Shown here in pieces: positions 36,911-44,531 of a stretch of DNA of 45,755 nt (within the stretch, counting starts at the first letter, position 1; each line of letters opens with the position of its first letter). This stretch comes from a virus (lineage: Duplodnaviria; Heunggongvirae; Uroviricota; Caudoviricetes): IMG/VR virus record IMGVR_UViG_2703718845_000006; one strand, given 5' to 3'. The position numbers were made by a program, and so were the translations under genes. Under the pieces are notes generated by a model, which did no database searches, had not been told where the DNA came from, and worked only from the letters and a program-made list of their open reading frames with translations.

Positions 36911-38058
36911 TTGCGCCCCCTTACCTCTGAAGGGTTCAGCGACAAATTTATGAGGCAGGCCAGTGCCGAAGCATCATTAATATAGTCATACAAGCTAACA
37001 GCCAGCGGAGATTCGGCTTTTGCCAACATAGGATAAAGCTGCTGCAGCCAGACCTGATGAATTGATGAAATGTAGGAACAGAGAACGCTGGCGTTATGTG
37101 CAACGTCGCTCGGTACAGCGGGCTTTGAAAGCTGTTTCTCCATCTGGTTAAAGGCATTGATGTATGCCTCTTTGAACTGGGCAGCACGTTTACCCGTGAA
37201 ACCCATAGCAAGAAACGCAAAGCCGTCGCGGGTTATTTGATAGCAAGGTAGTTTGCGGCCTGTGCAATCGGTGTAATCACTCACCGAAAAATTGCGGGCA
37301 GTGAATGATGCGGAACATTCAAGCGTGCGGATCTTTTTCAGTACATCGTCATGACGTTTGGAGAAGAAGTTGGCAACAGCCAGGGATGAAGTAACAGCCT
37401 GACCATCAACGATGGCAATTTCAGGTTGAGTGAGGGTTGGGATCGTAGCCATGATGGCAGCCTCTTTGGTGATTTTTAATAACTCACCACCAAGGCTTTC
37501 CACGACCTTATTGGTGGTGAGACGTACAGGGGTGGAAATACCGGTCACCAAAGAACCCGGCCCAACCGAAGTTGGCCCTGCACGCCCCACCATAATTTGG
37601 GCGTAATGCTGCTCATGACACAAAAAAACCGCAAGAGCGCGGTTGTGCGCTTTGGTGAATTCCGGGTTTCCACGCCCGGCACCCGCTTTATAAGGTGCCT
37701 GAACAGTGTAACGTCCCGGAATGGCAGAATCAATGTGCTGGTGGTCCTTCACACTCAACAAAATCACGCCTGAATTTCCACAAAGGACTAAAGCATTCAT
37801 GCGGGTAGTCTTTGCGAAGATAGATAACGCGCTGTGTTTCTGGCTCCCAACGAATAACATGAACATAAAGTCCTCTTCCGTCACGAAACCAGCGGTTAAG
37901 TTCCTGCACAACTCGCCCCCCACAGTCAGGTAAAGTTCTCTGTGGTTACTTACAGCCAGGTGATTTGGTAATCTGCATTCATGCCGTAACAACAGGTGTG
38001 CAGCGACACTGACCACCAGCTGTTGCGACAAACGGTTATTTGCCGTTAAACTGTTCAT
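36907..38058 (-). CDS. Rha-family phage regulatory protein; the N-terminal ~200 codons of the ORF are unassigned and the true start is uncertain (possibly MATIPTLTQ near 37446)
   Basis: The C-terminal half has a Phage_pRha-like block (QAVTSSLAVANFFSKRHDDVLKKIRTL...GRKLPCYQITRDGFAFLAMGFTGKRAAQFKEAYINAFNQME). Confidence 0.6.
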   Translation of the reverse strand: MNSLTANNRLSQQLVVSVAAHLLLRHECRLPNHLAVSNHRELYLTVGGELCRNLTAGFVTEEDFMFMLFVGSQKHSALSIFAKTTRMNALVLCGNSGVILLSVKDHQHIDSAIPGRYTVQAPYKAGAGRGNPEFTKAHNRALAVFLCHEQHYAQIMVGRAGPTSVGPGSLVTGISTPVRLTTNKVVESLGGELLKITKEAAIMATIPTLTQPEIAIVDGQAVTSSLAVANFFSKRHDDVLKKIRTLECSASFTARNFSVSDYTDCTGRKLPCYQITRDGFAFLAMGFTGKRAAQFKEAYINAFNQMEKQLSKPAVPSDVAHNASVLCSYISSIHQVWLQQLYPMLAKAESPLAVSLYDYINDASALACLINLSLNPSEVRGRK

Positions 38059-38606
38059 GCGTTAGTTTCTCCACAGACACAAAACGCCACGACGCCCGGA
38101 GCTGCACACTCGCGGGCGTCACTCTTTTCTGGAGCGCAGAAAATTTTGTAGACCAGTGCCGCATGCTCCTGGAGCTTCGAAATTGACAGATACAATTCAT
38201 CATTAATTGCTGTCTGCTCGTGTGGCTCCACTACCCCATCTTCGATTGCCGAACGAATCTGCTTTGAGTAACTCCCGATCTGTTCGATGACTTCCAGCAG
38301 GCGCTGGTTTATATCTGCGTTCTCTACTTCCTCAATTTCAGGAAGCGATACAAACACCCCACCAGCAGACTGTGCGACAGCATCCGCAATGTAGTGAGTG
38401 CCAGCAGCACGCTGTAAAATCATTGCCCATCCCAGCGGGAAAATCTGATCGCCATCTGCACGAAGGCGGTTGAATAAAGCGTTCTCTGTAACATCCAGCC
38501 ACTCAGCAGCTTCAGCGTAACCCCCCGGCAACGCCGCGATAGTTTTTCTGACAGCTTTCACGTACCACTCAGGCTGTTTTTCCACTTTCCAGTGATGATT
38601 ACCCAC
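38055..38606 (-). CDS. Putative CII-like regulatory protein (by position downstream of cro)
   Basis: 183-aa ORF overlapping the cro 3' end by a few nt; assignment is mainly by position. Confidence 0.45.
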   Translation of the reverse strand: MGNHHWKVEKQPEWYVKAVRKTIAALPGGYAEAAEWLDVTENALFNRLRADGDQIFPLGWAMILQRAAGTHYIADAVAQSAGGVFVSLPEIEEVENADINQRLLEVIEQIGSYSKQIRSAIEDGVVEPHEQTAINDELYLSISKLQEHAALVYKIFCAPEKSDARECAAPGVVAFCVCGETNA

Positions 38607-38859
38607 GGCTTACCTCCTGTTCCTGTGGTTTAAACCCATTCTGGTTTTGGCTAGATTGAAAACGTGCCGGATAAAGAATCTGCATTTCGCTGATTTCACC
38701 CTTAAAAAAATTGGCCAGACGTTCTGCAAGATCGATAGATGGAATTTGTTCCAGTCTTTCAATACGACTCAGCGTCGCTGGATTGACCTGAACGCCAGCA
38801 GCAACATGCTGCAAAGTAAATCCGTGCGCCTTACGCACATTCCGTAATGGTGATTGCAT
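38599..38859 (-). CDS. cro: Cro-like HTH repressor (XRE family)
   Basis: HTH LQHVAAGVQVNPATLSRIER; GGAGG RBS 5 nt upstream; divergent from cI. Confidence 0.8.
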   Translation of the reverse strand: MQSPLRNVRKAHGFTLQHVAAGVQVNPATLSRIERLEQIPSIDLAERLANFFKGEISEMQILYPARFQSSQNQNGFKPQEQEVSRG

Positions 38860-38873
38860 ATAACCTCCACATA

Positions 38874-38950
38874 TTGCGTGATAAGCATATTATTTCACGC
38901 AAATATTTTGCGCAAGTTGATTTGCTTAACGCGCAATAAAGAAATGTAAT
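38874..38950. promoter_or_regulatory. Immunity switch: divergent pR-like and pRM-like promoters interleaved with operator repeats
   Basis: Minus-strand promoter TTGCGC (38910-38915) - 17 bp - TAATAT (38887-38892) for cro. Plus-strand promoter TTGCTT (38922-38927) - 17 bp - TGTAAT (38945-38950) placing the start at or near the cI ATG (leaderless-like). Inverted repeats TTGCGTGA (38874-38881)/TCACGCAA (38895-38902) and TTGCGCAA (38908-38915)/GCGCAA (38931-38936). Confidence 0.6.
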
Positions 38951-38956
38951 AAACGC

Positions 38957-39649
38957 ATGAACATAGGAAACCGAGTCAGACAACTTCGCCAGGCGAAGAA
39001 CATGAAAATCGCCGATCTCGCTGAAGCAATAGGAGTGGATGCGGCGAATATCTCACGCCTGGAAACAGGTAAGCAGAAACAATTCACTGAACAAGCCCTG
39101 AGTAATATTGCCAGGAGCTTAGGTGTTGATATTGCTGATCTCTTTACCTCAGACGTCAAAAGTAATACTGTATGTAAAAACAGTATTAGTGAGGATGTTG
39201 CGCAGGTGAAGGATGTATTCCGTATTGAAATGCTGGATGTCAGTGCCAGTGCGGGAAATGGCCTTATCCAGGGCGGTGATGTCATTGATGTGATTCATGC
39301 CATTGAATACAGAACTGATAATGCTGTATCGATGTTTGGCGGACGGCCAGCCAATCACATTAAAGTTATCAACGTTCGTGGGGACAGTATGTGTCCAACC
39401 ATTGAGCCAGGAGATCTCATCTTCGTTGATGTCAGTATCAATCAGTTTGATGGAGATGGTATCTATGTATTTGGTTTTGATGATAAAATTTATGTCAAAC
39501 GACTGCAAATGATACCTGACAAACTACTGGTGATTTCTGATAACCAGATTTACCGTGAATGGGGAATTACCAGCGAAAATGAACACCGGTTTATGGTCTT
39601 TGGAAAGGTCTTAATCAGCCAGTCACAAACCCTTAAGCGACACAATTAA
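38957..39649 (+). CDS. cI: CI-type prophage repressor (HTH + S24 LexA-like autopeptidase domain)
   Basis: N-terminal HTH VRQLRQAKNMKIADLAEAIGVDAANISRLETG; C-terminal S24 domain with GDSM and a downstream Lys (VKRL). Confidence 0.9.
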   Translation: MNIGNRVRQLRQAKNMKIADLAEAIGVDAANISRLETGKQKQFTEQALSNIARSLGVDIADLFTSDVKSNTVCKNSISEDVAQVKDVFRIEMLDVSASAGNGLIQGGDVIDVIHAIEYRTDNAVSMFGGRPANHIKVINVRGDSMCPTIEPGDLIFVDVSINQFDGDGIYVFGFDDKIYVKRLQMIPDKLLVISDNQIYREWGITSENEHRFMVFGKVLISQSQTLKRHN

Positions 39650-39670
39650 CCCTTACCTCCTCATCAATTA

Positions 39671-39694
39671 GCCACCCAAAGGTGGCTTTTCATT
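39671..39694 (+). terminator. Intrinsic terminator downstream of cI
   Basis: GCCACC (39671-39676) CAAA GGTGGC (39681-39686) followed by TTTTCATT. Confidence 0.7.
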
Positions 39695-39704
39695 ACCCTT
39701 TAAA

Positions 39705-39757
39705 TTGCATATCTCGCAACAAAAACACTTGCATAATGCGCAACTTCATTTTATCTT
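39705..39757 (+). promoter_or_regulatory. Left operator region with candidate pL-like promoter
   Basis: Two 15-bp sites TTGCATATCTCGCAA (39705-39719) and TTGCATAATGCGCAA (39729-39743) share half-sites with the cI-cro intergenic region; candidate -35 TTGCAT (39729-39734) and -10 TATCTT (39752-39757). Confidence 0.5.
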
Positions 39758-40215
39758 TCTTTCCAGACAAACAAACAAGGTACTAACAAAATTTGGTTGT
39801 AACACGGCGTATGGCACATGCGTCGTTAGCGGTCTGGGGACGTTAAAGGGGACAATCCACTCCTTGCTCGGGCAAACAAACCAGGTAGCCGGAATGTGCA
39901 AGTCAATGATGATGCTGATAAGACGCCTAACCAGCGTGGCGATTCGGTTTGACGCCTGGGAAGAGACCAGGGTGCAACGATGAGGGCATTTATGGAGCCG
40001 CGACAAAGTGTGGTGCCGTAACTGGCTAAGTGCTCTCAGCGTTGTGGTAATCCGCGAAATGGCGCGGCGGTAAGTATGGCGGGGTTACTCTTTCCCCGTT
40101 GAGGACACCGGATTGTCAGGTTGACCATACGCCTGAGTGACAACCCCACCACAACAGCCACTGCTTTGGCGGTACCAGTTTGTACCCTTGCTTCCGGCTG
40201 GTACCGCTCTTTTTA

Positions 40216-40302
40216 CAAAACAGAGAAGAGCATCACCGGACGACGGGCTCATAACCCAATCCATCCGGGCGGCTGCCACCGCAGGTGTTCTTCTCTGTTT
40301 TG
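40216..40302 (+). other. Long inverted repeat (14-bp arms, ~59-nt spacer) in the early-left leader
   Basis: CAAAACAGAGAAGA (40216-40229) and its exact reverse complement TCTTCTCTGTTTTG (40289-40302); a second inverted repeat GGTACCAG (40171-40178)/CTGGTACC (40198-40205) lies just upstream. Confidence 0.4.
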
Positions 40303-40351
40303 TGGAGAAACTAACCGACCTTACAGGGTCGATATGATGAGGAGCAGCAAA

Positions 40352-40714
40352 ATGGCTAGCGAACGCAGTACTGATGTGCAGGCATTTATCGGGGAGCTGG
40401 ACGGCGGCGTATTTGAAACCAAAATCGGCGCAGTTCTCAGTGAAGTCGCTTCCGGTGTGATGAACACGAAAACCAAAGGTAAGGTCTCACTCAACCTGGA
40501 AATCGAACCATTTGATGAGAACCGTGTGAAAATCAAACACAAACTCTCATATGTTCGCCCGACTAACCGCGGGAAAATTTCCGAAGAAGACACCACCGAA
40601 ACGCCGATGTATGTCAATCGCGGTGGTCGCCTGACTATTCTGCAGGAAGACCAGGGACAATTACTGACTCTTGCCGGTGAACCTGACGGAAAACTCCGCG
40701 CAGCAGGTCATTAA
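40352..40714 (+). CDS. Early-left operon protein, YfdP-like (120 aa)
   Basis: GAGGAG RBS 8 nt before the ATG at 40352; length and position match the first gene of the CPS-53 yfdPQRST cluster (from memory); the upstream ORF-track extension is rejected. Confidence 0.6.
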   Translation: MASERSTDVQAFIGELDGGVFETKIGAVLSEVASGVMNTKTKGKVSLNLEIEPFDENRVKIKHKLSYVRPTNRGKISEEDTTETPMYVNRGGRLTILQEDQGQLLTLAGEPDGKLRAAGH

Positions 40715-40779
40715 TATCGTTCTTAATTAACTGATTATTTATCTCATCACTGAATATCTTTATATAGTGAGGACTTATT

Positions 40780-41604
40780 ATGTCTCAGAACTTAGACGCA
40801 ACCGCAATTAATCAAATCCATGCCCTTATTTCTGCTCAGGGTGTTAATGAAATTATCAGTAAGATTGGTGCCGATGCTGTGGCATTGCCTGAGAATTTCC
40901 GCATTCATGATCTGGAAAAATTTAATTTAAATCGCTTCCGTTTCCGTGGTGCGCTTTCCACTGCCAGCATCGATGACTTTACCCGTTATTCTAAAGATCT
41001 TGCAGATGAAGGCACCCGCTGCTTTATCGATGCTGATAATATGCGAGCCGTCAGTGTGCTTAACCTGGGTACTATTGATGAACCAGGTCACGCAGATAAC
41101 ACCGCCACTCTCAAACTGAAAAAGACAGCACCGTTCTCTGCCCTGTTGTCTGTTAACGGCGAGCGTAACTCCCAGAAGTCACTGGCAGAATGGATTGAAG
41201 ACTGGGCCGACTACCTTGTGGGCTTTGATGCTAATGGTGACGCCATTCAGGCAACAAAAGCGGCTGCGGCGGTCCGTAAAATCACGATTGAAGCAAACCA
41301 GACCGCTGATTTTGAAGACAATGACTTCAGCGGCAAACGCTCTCTGATGGAGTCTGTCGAAGCGAAAACCAAAGACATTATGCCAGTAGCATTTGAGTTT
41401 AAATGCGTTCCGTTTGAAGGCCTGAAAGAACGTCCGTTTAAATTACGCCTCAGCATTATCACTGGTGATCGCCCTGTACTGGTTCTGCGCATTATTCAGC
41501 TGGAAGCAGTACAGGAAGAAATGGCTAACGAATTTCGTAATCTGCTTGTTGAAAAATTCAAAGACAGCAAAGTAGAAACCTTTATTGGTACTTTCACCGC
41601 CTGA
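40780..41604 (+). CDS. yfdQ: YfdQ-like protein (DUF2303)
   Basis: 274 aa, same length and position as E. coli CPS-53 YfdQ (recalled); GTGAGGA RBS. Confidence 0.7.
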   Translation: MSQNLDATAINQIHALISAQGVNEIISKIGADAVALPENFRIHDLEKFNLNRFRFRGALSTASIDDFTRYSKDLADEGTRCFIDADNMRAVSVLNLGTIDEPGHADNTATLKLKKTAPFSALLSVNGERNSQKSLAEWIEDWADYLVGFDANGDAIQATKAAAAVRKITIEANQTADFEDNDFSGKRSLMESVEAKTKDIMPVAFEFKCVPFEGLKERPFKLRLSIITGDRPVLVLRIIQLEAVQEEMANEFRNLLVEKFKDSKVETFIGTFTA

Positions 41605-41731
41605 TTTCATTACTGCAAATGCCCCTGCGGGGGCATTTATGGAAACGTAATTAACTCAATAATCGCCTGATGGCGAGGGTTTTCTTTAACCAAAATTCAG
41701 CGCGGTGCAGCGCATATACGTGGAGAACAAA

Positions 41732-42268
41732 ATGTCATTTATTAAAACTTTTTCCGGGAAGCATTTTTATTATGACAGGATAAATAAAGACGACATCGAT
41801 ATTAACGATATCGCGGTTTCCCTTTCAAATATCTGTCGCTTTGCCGGTCATCTTTCGCACTTCTACAGCGTCGCCCAACATGCGGTTCTTTGCAGCCAGT
41901 TGGTGCCGCAGGAATTTGCTTTTGAAGCGTTAATGCATGATGCAACAGAAGCGTATTGCCTGGACATTCCCGCACCACTGAAACGCCTTCTTCCTGACTA
42001 TAAACAAATGGAAGAAAAAATAGACGCCGTAATCCGTGAGAAATACGGGTTACCCCCAGTTATGAGTACGCCCGTGAAATATGCCGATCTCATCATGCTG
42101 GCAACCGAACGCCGCGATCTCGGGCTTGATGATGGCTCTTTCTGGCCTGTACTGGAAGGTATCCCGGCAACAGAGATGTTCAACGTGATTCCACTGGCAC
42201 CGGGCCATGCCTACGGGATGTTTATGGAACGCTTTAACGAGTTATCGGAGTTACGCAAATGCGCATGA
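41732..42268 (+). CDS. yfdR: HD-domain phosphohydrolase, YfdR-like
   Basis: HD motif ..SVAQHAV...LMHDATEAY; 178 aa from the ATG at 41732 (GGAGA RBS), matching the length of CPS-53 YfdR. Confidence 0.8.
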   Translation: MSFIKTFSGKHFYYDRINKDDIDINDIAVSLSNICRFAGHLSHFYSVAQHAVLCSQLVPQEFAFEALMHDATEAYCLDIPAPLKRLLPDYKQMEEKIDAVIREKYGLPPVMSTPVKYADLIMLATERRDLGLDDGSFWPVLEGIPATEMFNVIPLAPGHAYGMFMERFNELSELRKCA

Positions 42269-42621
42269 ATGTTTTCGAAATGGAAGGGTTTCTTCGTGGG
42301 AGATGTGTACCGCGAGATCTGAAAGTAAATGAAACAGATGCTGAATACCTGGTGCGTAAATTCGATGCGCTTGAAGCTAAATGTGCAGCACAGGAAAACA
42401 AAGTAATACCAGTGTCAACTGAACTGCCACCAGCAAATGAAAGTGTTTTGTTATTCGATGCTAACGGAGAAGGCTGGCTAATTGGCTGGCGTTCTCTCTG
42501 GTACACCTGGGGACAAAAAGAAACCGGAGAATGGCAGTGGACATTTCAGGTCGGGGACCTTGAAAACGTCAATATCACTCACTGGGCAGTAATGCCAAAA
42601 GCACCGGAGGCTGGAGCATAA
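42259..42621 (+). CDS. DUF551 protein, YfdS-like
   Basis: 120 aa; C-terminal NITHWAVMPKAPE resembles the DUF551 signature. Confidence 0.65.
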   Translation: MRMNVFEMEGFLRGRCVPRDLKVNETDAEYLVRKFDALEAKCAAQENKVIPVSTELPPANESVLLFDANGEGWLIGWRSLWYTWGQKETGEWQWTFQVGDLENVNITHWAVMPKAPEAGA

Positions 42622-43232
42622 TGACCACTTTCACCGATAAGGAACTGATTAAAGAAATCAAAGAACGAATCGGCAGCTTAGACGTGCGAGACAATGTTGA
42701 GCGCCGTGCTTATGAAATTGCTCTGGCATCACTGGAAGCAGAGCCGGTGGCGTGGCTTCATTCAGACAATGGCTTAGGTATTCCGGCAATAACCAGGAGC
42801 AAAAACATTGCTGACAGTTGGTTATCAAAGGGCTGGTATGTTCAGCCGCTATATATGGCTCAGCCAGTGTCGGTGGTGCCGGATGCTCTTCCGTCTTTAA
42901 ATAATGGCATAGTCGGCTTTGATGAAGGCTGGAACGCCTGCCGCGCCGTCATGCTTCATGGTGCCGAACCTGTAAGCCAGACTTACAAGTTGAACAAGCT
43001 GTCGGGCAACCCTCCTGTAACTCCGGATGGTTGGATAAGCTGTAGTGAGCGAATGCCAGAGGACGGTCAGCACGTAATTATTTTATGTGATGGCGCATTC
43101 GTTCTTTATGCGCAATATCGAGACGGTGAGTTTTTTGATGTTGTCCGCAATGGTGAGGAGTTCTTCGAAACGCAGAGCCGCAATGTAACCCACTGGATAC
43201 CGCTACCGGAGCCGCCGCAGGAGGTAAATTAA
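42621..43232 (+). CDS. DUF551-domain protein, YfdT-like with N-terminal extension
   Basis: 203 aa; C-terminal VTHWIPLPEPPQ DUF551-like signature. Confidence 0.65.
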   Translation: MTTFTDKELIKEIKERIGSLDVRDNVERRAYEIALASLEAEPVAWLHSDNGLGIPAITRSKNIADSWLSKGWYVQPLYMAQPVSVVPDALPSLNNGIVGFDEGWNACRAVMLHGAEPVSQTYKLNKLSGNPPVTPDGWISCSERMPEDGQHVIILCDGAFVLYAQYRDGEFFDVVRNGEEFFETQSRNVTHWIPLPEPPQEVN

Positions 43233-43426
43233 TGAACAACTTAATGACAACAAAACAAGTCGCCGAATTCTGTGGCGTTTCAATATCGACGGTGCTTCGC
43301 TGGAACAGCGTAAACCGGAGAACTGGCAAGAAATACAGACCAGACTTTCCAGATCCTGATATTAAATCCTGCCCAAATAAATGGGCATCACAAAAGATTT
43401 ACAGGTTTGCAGGAGTCATTGAGTAA
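43232..43426 (+). CDS. AlpA/Xis-like small HTH protein (putative excisionase or regulator)
   Basis: 64 aa; TKQVAEFCGVSISTVLRW...FPDP...W resembles AlpA-family excisionase-like proteins; lies next to the integrase end of the prophage. Confidence 0.6.
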   Translation: MNNLMTTKQVAEFCGVSISTVLRWNSVNRRTGKKYRPDFPDPDIKSCPNKWASQKIYRFAGVIE

Positions 43427-43561
43427 TATGCCTTAGATCAGATGTAAGCTGACACACCACTATGGCACAGAGTCAAACCTAATCTAACTACCTGCTCTGT
43501 GCCAAAAGAAGATACTACTAACATAAGTATAAAATAATCAACGGGACACAGCTCATCTGTA

Positions 43562-44380
43562 CTACTCCACAAGCGGGATAAGTTTTTTACCTGTGTCTTC
43601 AAAGAATGAAAACGAAGACCAGCGGTAAGTATATAAAAAAGCCACTTTGCCTGCATGTTCTTCGATAGCTTTTTTTAAATATGACTTGCGTTTACTGACT
43701 TCTGGAAATTTATCCGAAAAGATAACTATTGCTCTTGATGATAGTCCACCACCATTCCGCATAAAGAGAGTAAACTCACTCAATCTAAGCATATTGAAAT
43801 TTGCACAATTCGCTACATCATTATCAAACTTAGCAACTATACTTTTTATTTTGTCATACAGACTGACCATATCCCTAAAAATATTTTCATCTGCCAACTG
43901 AATATTTCTTTCATTCAACTCTGTTATATATTTATTATCATCCACTATTCCAATAGGATATCGAGCATTTAAAACTATATCTCGAGACGCAACTTTCAAT
44001 AACTTCAGTTCGTCAACGGTTAATGGCAAACCTAAATCAACAGCCATACAATCAAGTTTATGCCCATAATTACAAAACTCATTTTCAATAGCTTTTTTTC
44101 TCGCACCGAGATTCATTAGAAGAATCGCTGACTTTAACAACATTTCAAAAGCATACCCCAACATAAGTCTGCTAGTTTGATCAGTTGCCGATGCGATATC
44201 GATGTATTCATGAACAATAGGAGATTTCTTACTTGCTGCCCGAAGCAATTTTTTGTTTCGCTCACCTTCACTTCTCAACAGCTTCGCAGATAAATACAGT
44301 TTTTTAGACTCTGTTAACCAAGCCTTTCGATCAAATATACCTTTCCCATTTTTCTGCGTGATTATCTCGCTCTGCATCAA
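43562..44380 (-). CDS. Hypothetical protein, 272 aa, AT-rich cargo gene between xis and int
   Basis: Clean AT-rich ORF, predicted mostly helical, no motif I can assign with confidence; flanked by AT-rich non-coding DNA. Confidence 0.6.
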   Translation of the reverse strand: MMQSEIITQKNGKGIFDRKAWLTESKKLYLSAKLLRSEGERNKKLLRAASKKSPIVHEYIDIASATDQTSRLMLGYAFEMLLKSAILLMNLGARKKAIENEFCNYGHKLDCMAVDLGLPLTVDELKLLKVASRDIVLNARYPIGIVDDNKYITELNERNIQLADENIFRDMVSLYDKIKSIVAKFDNDVANCANFNMLRLSEFTLFMRNGGGLSSRAIVIFSDKFPEVSKRKSYLKKAIEEHAGKVAFLYTYRWSSFSFFEDTGKKLIPLVE

Positions 44381-44531
44381 TAACTCCTATGTTATTAGAA
44401 CCAAACCTGCCACTAATCAATTGCAAATCTCGTCGCTGTTATTTTGACCAGACATTACATTGTCTCCATTTGTAAAATACCACTTAACTAACTTGAATGA
44501 GAAATTGTAAGTATTCCGACAAAACAGACTA

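Noticed and set aside
39705-39983. 92-aa plus-strand ORF starting within the OL operator sites
   Set aside because: The start overlaps operator/promoter elements, there is no RBS and the translation is not protein-like; the region is treated as a non-coding leader.
40121-40351. N-terminal 77-codon extension of the YfdP-like ORF
   Set aside because: Cys/Arg-rich translation; it would overlap the 14-bp inverted-repeat element; a strong GAGGAG RBS precedes the internal ATG at 40352.
43562-44380. Assigning the 272-aa orphan as a HEPN nuclease
   Set aside because: The only R...H segment has non-canonical spacing (R-x12-H); too weak to call without profile or structure comparison, so left as hypothetical.
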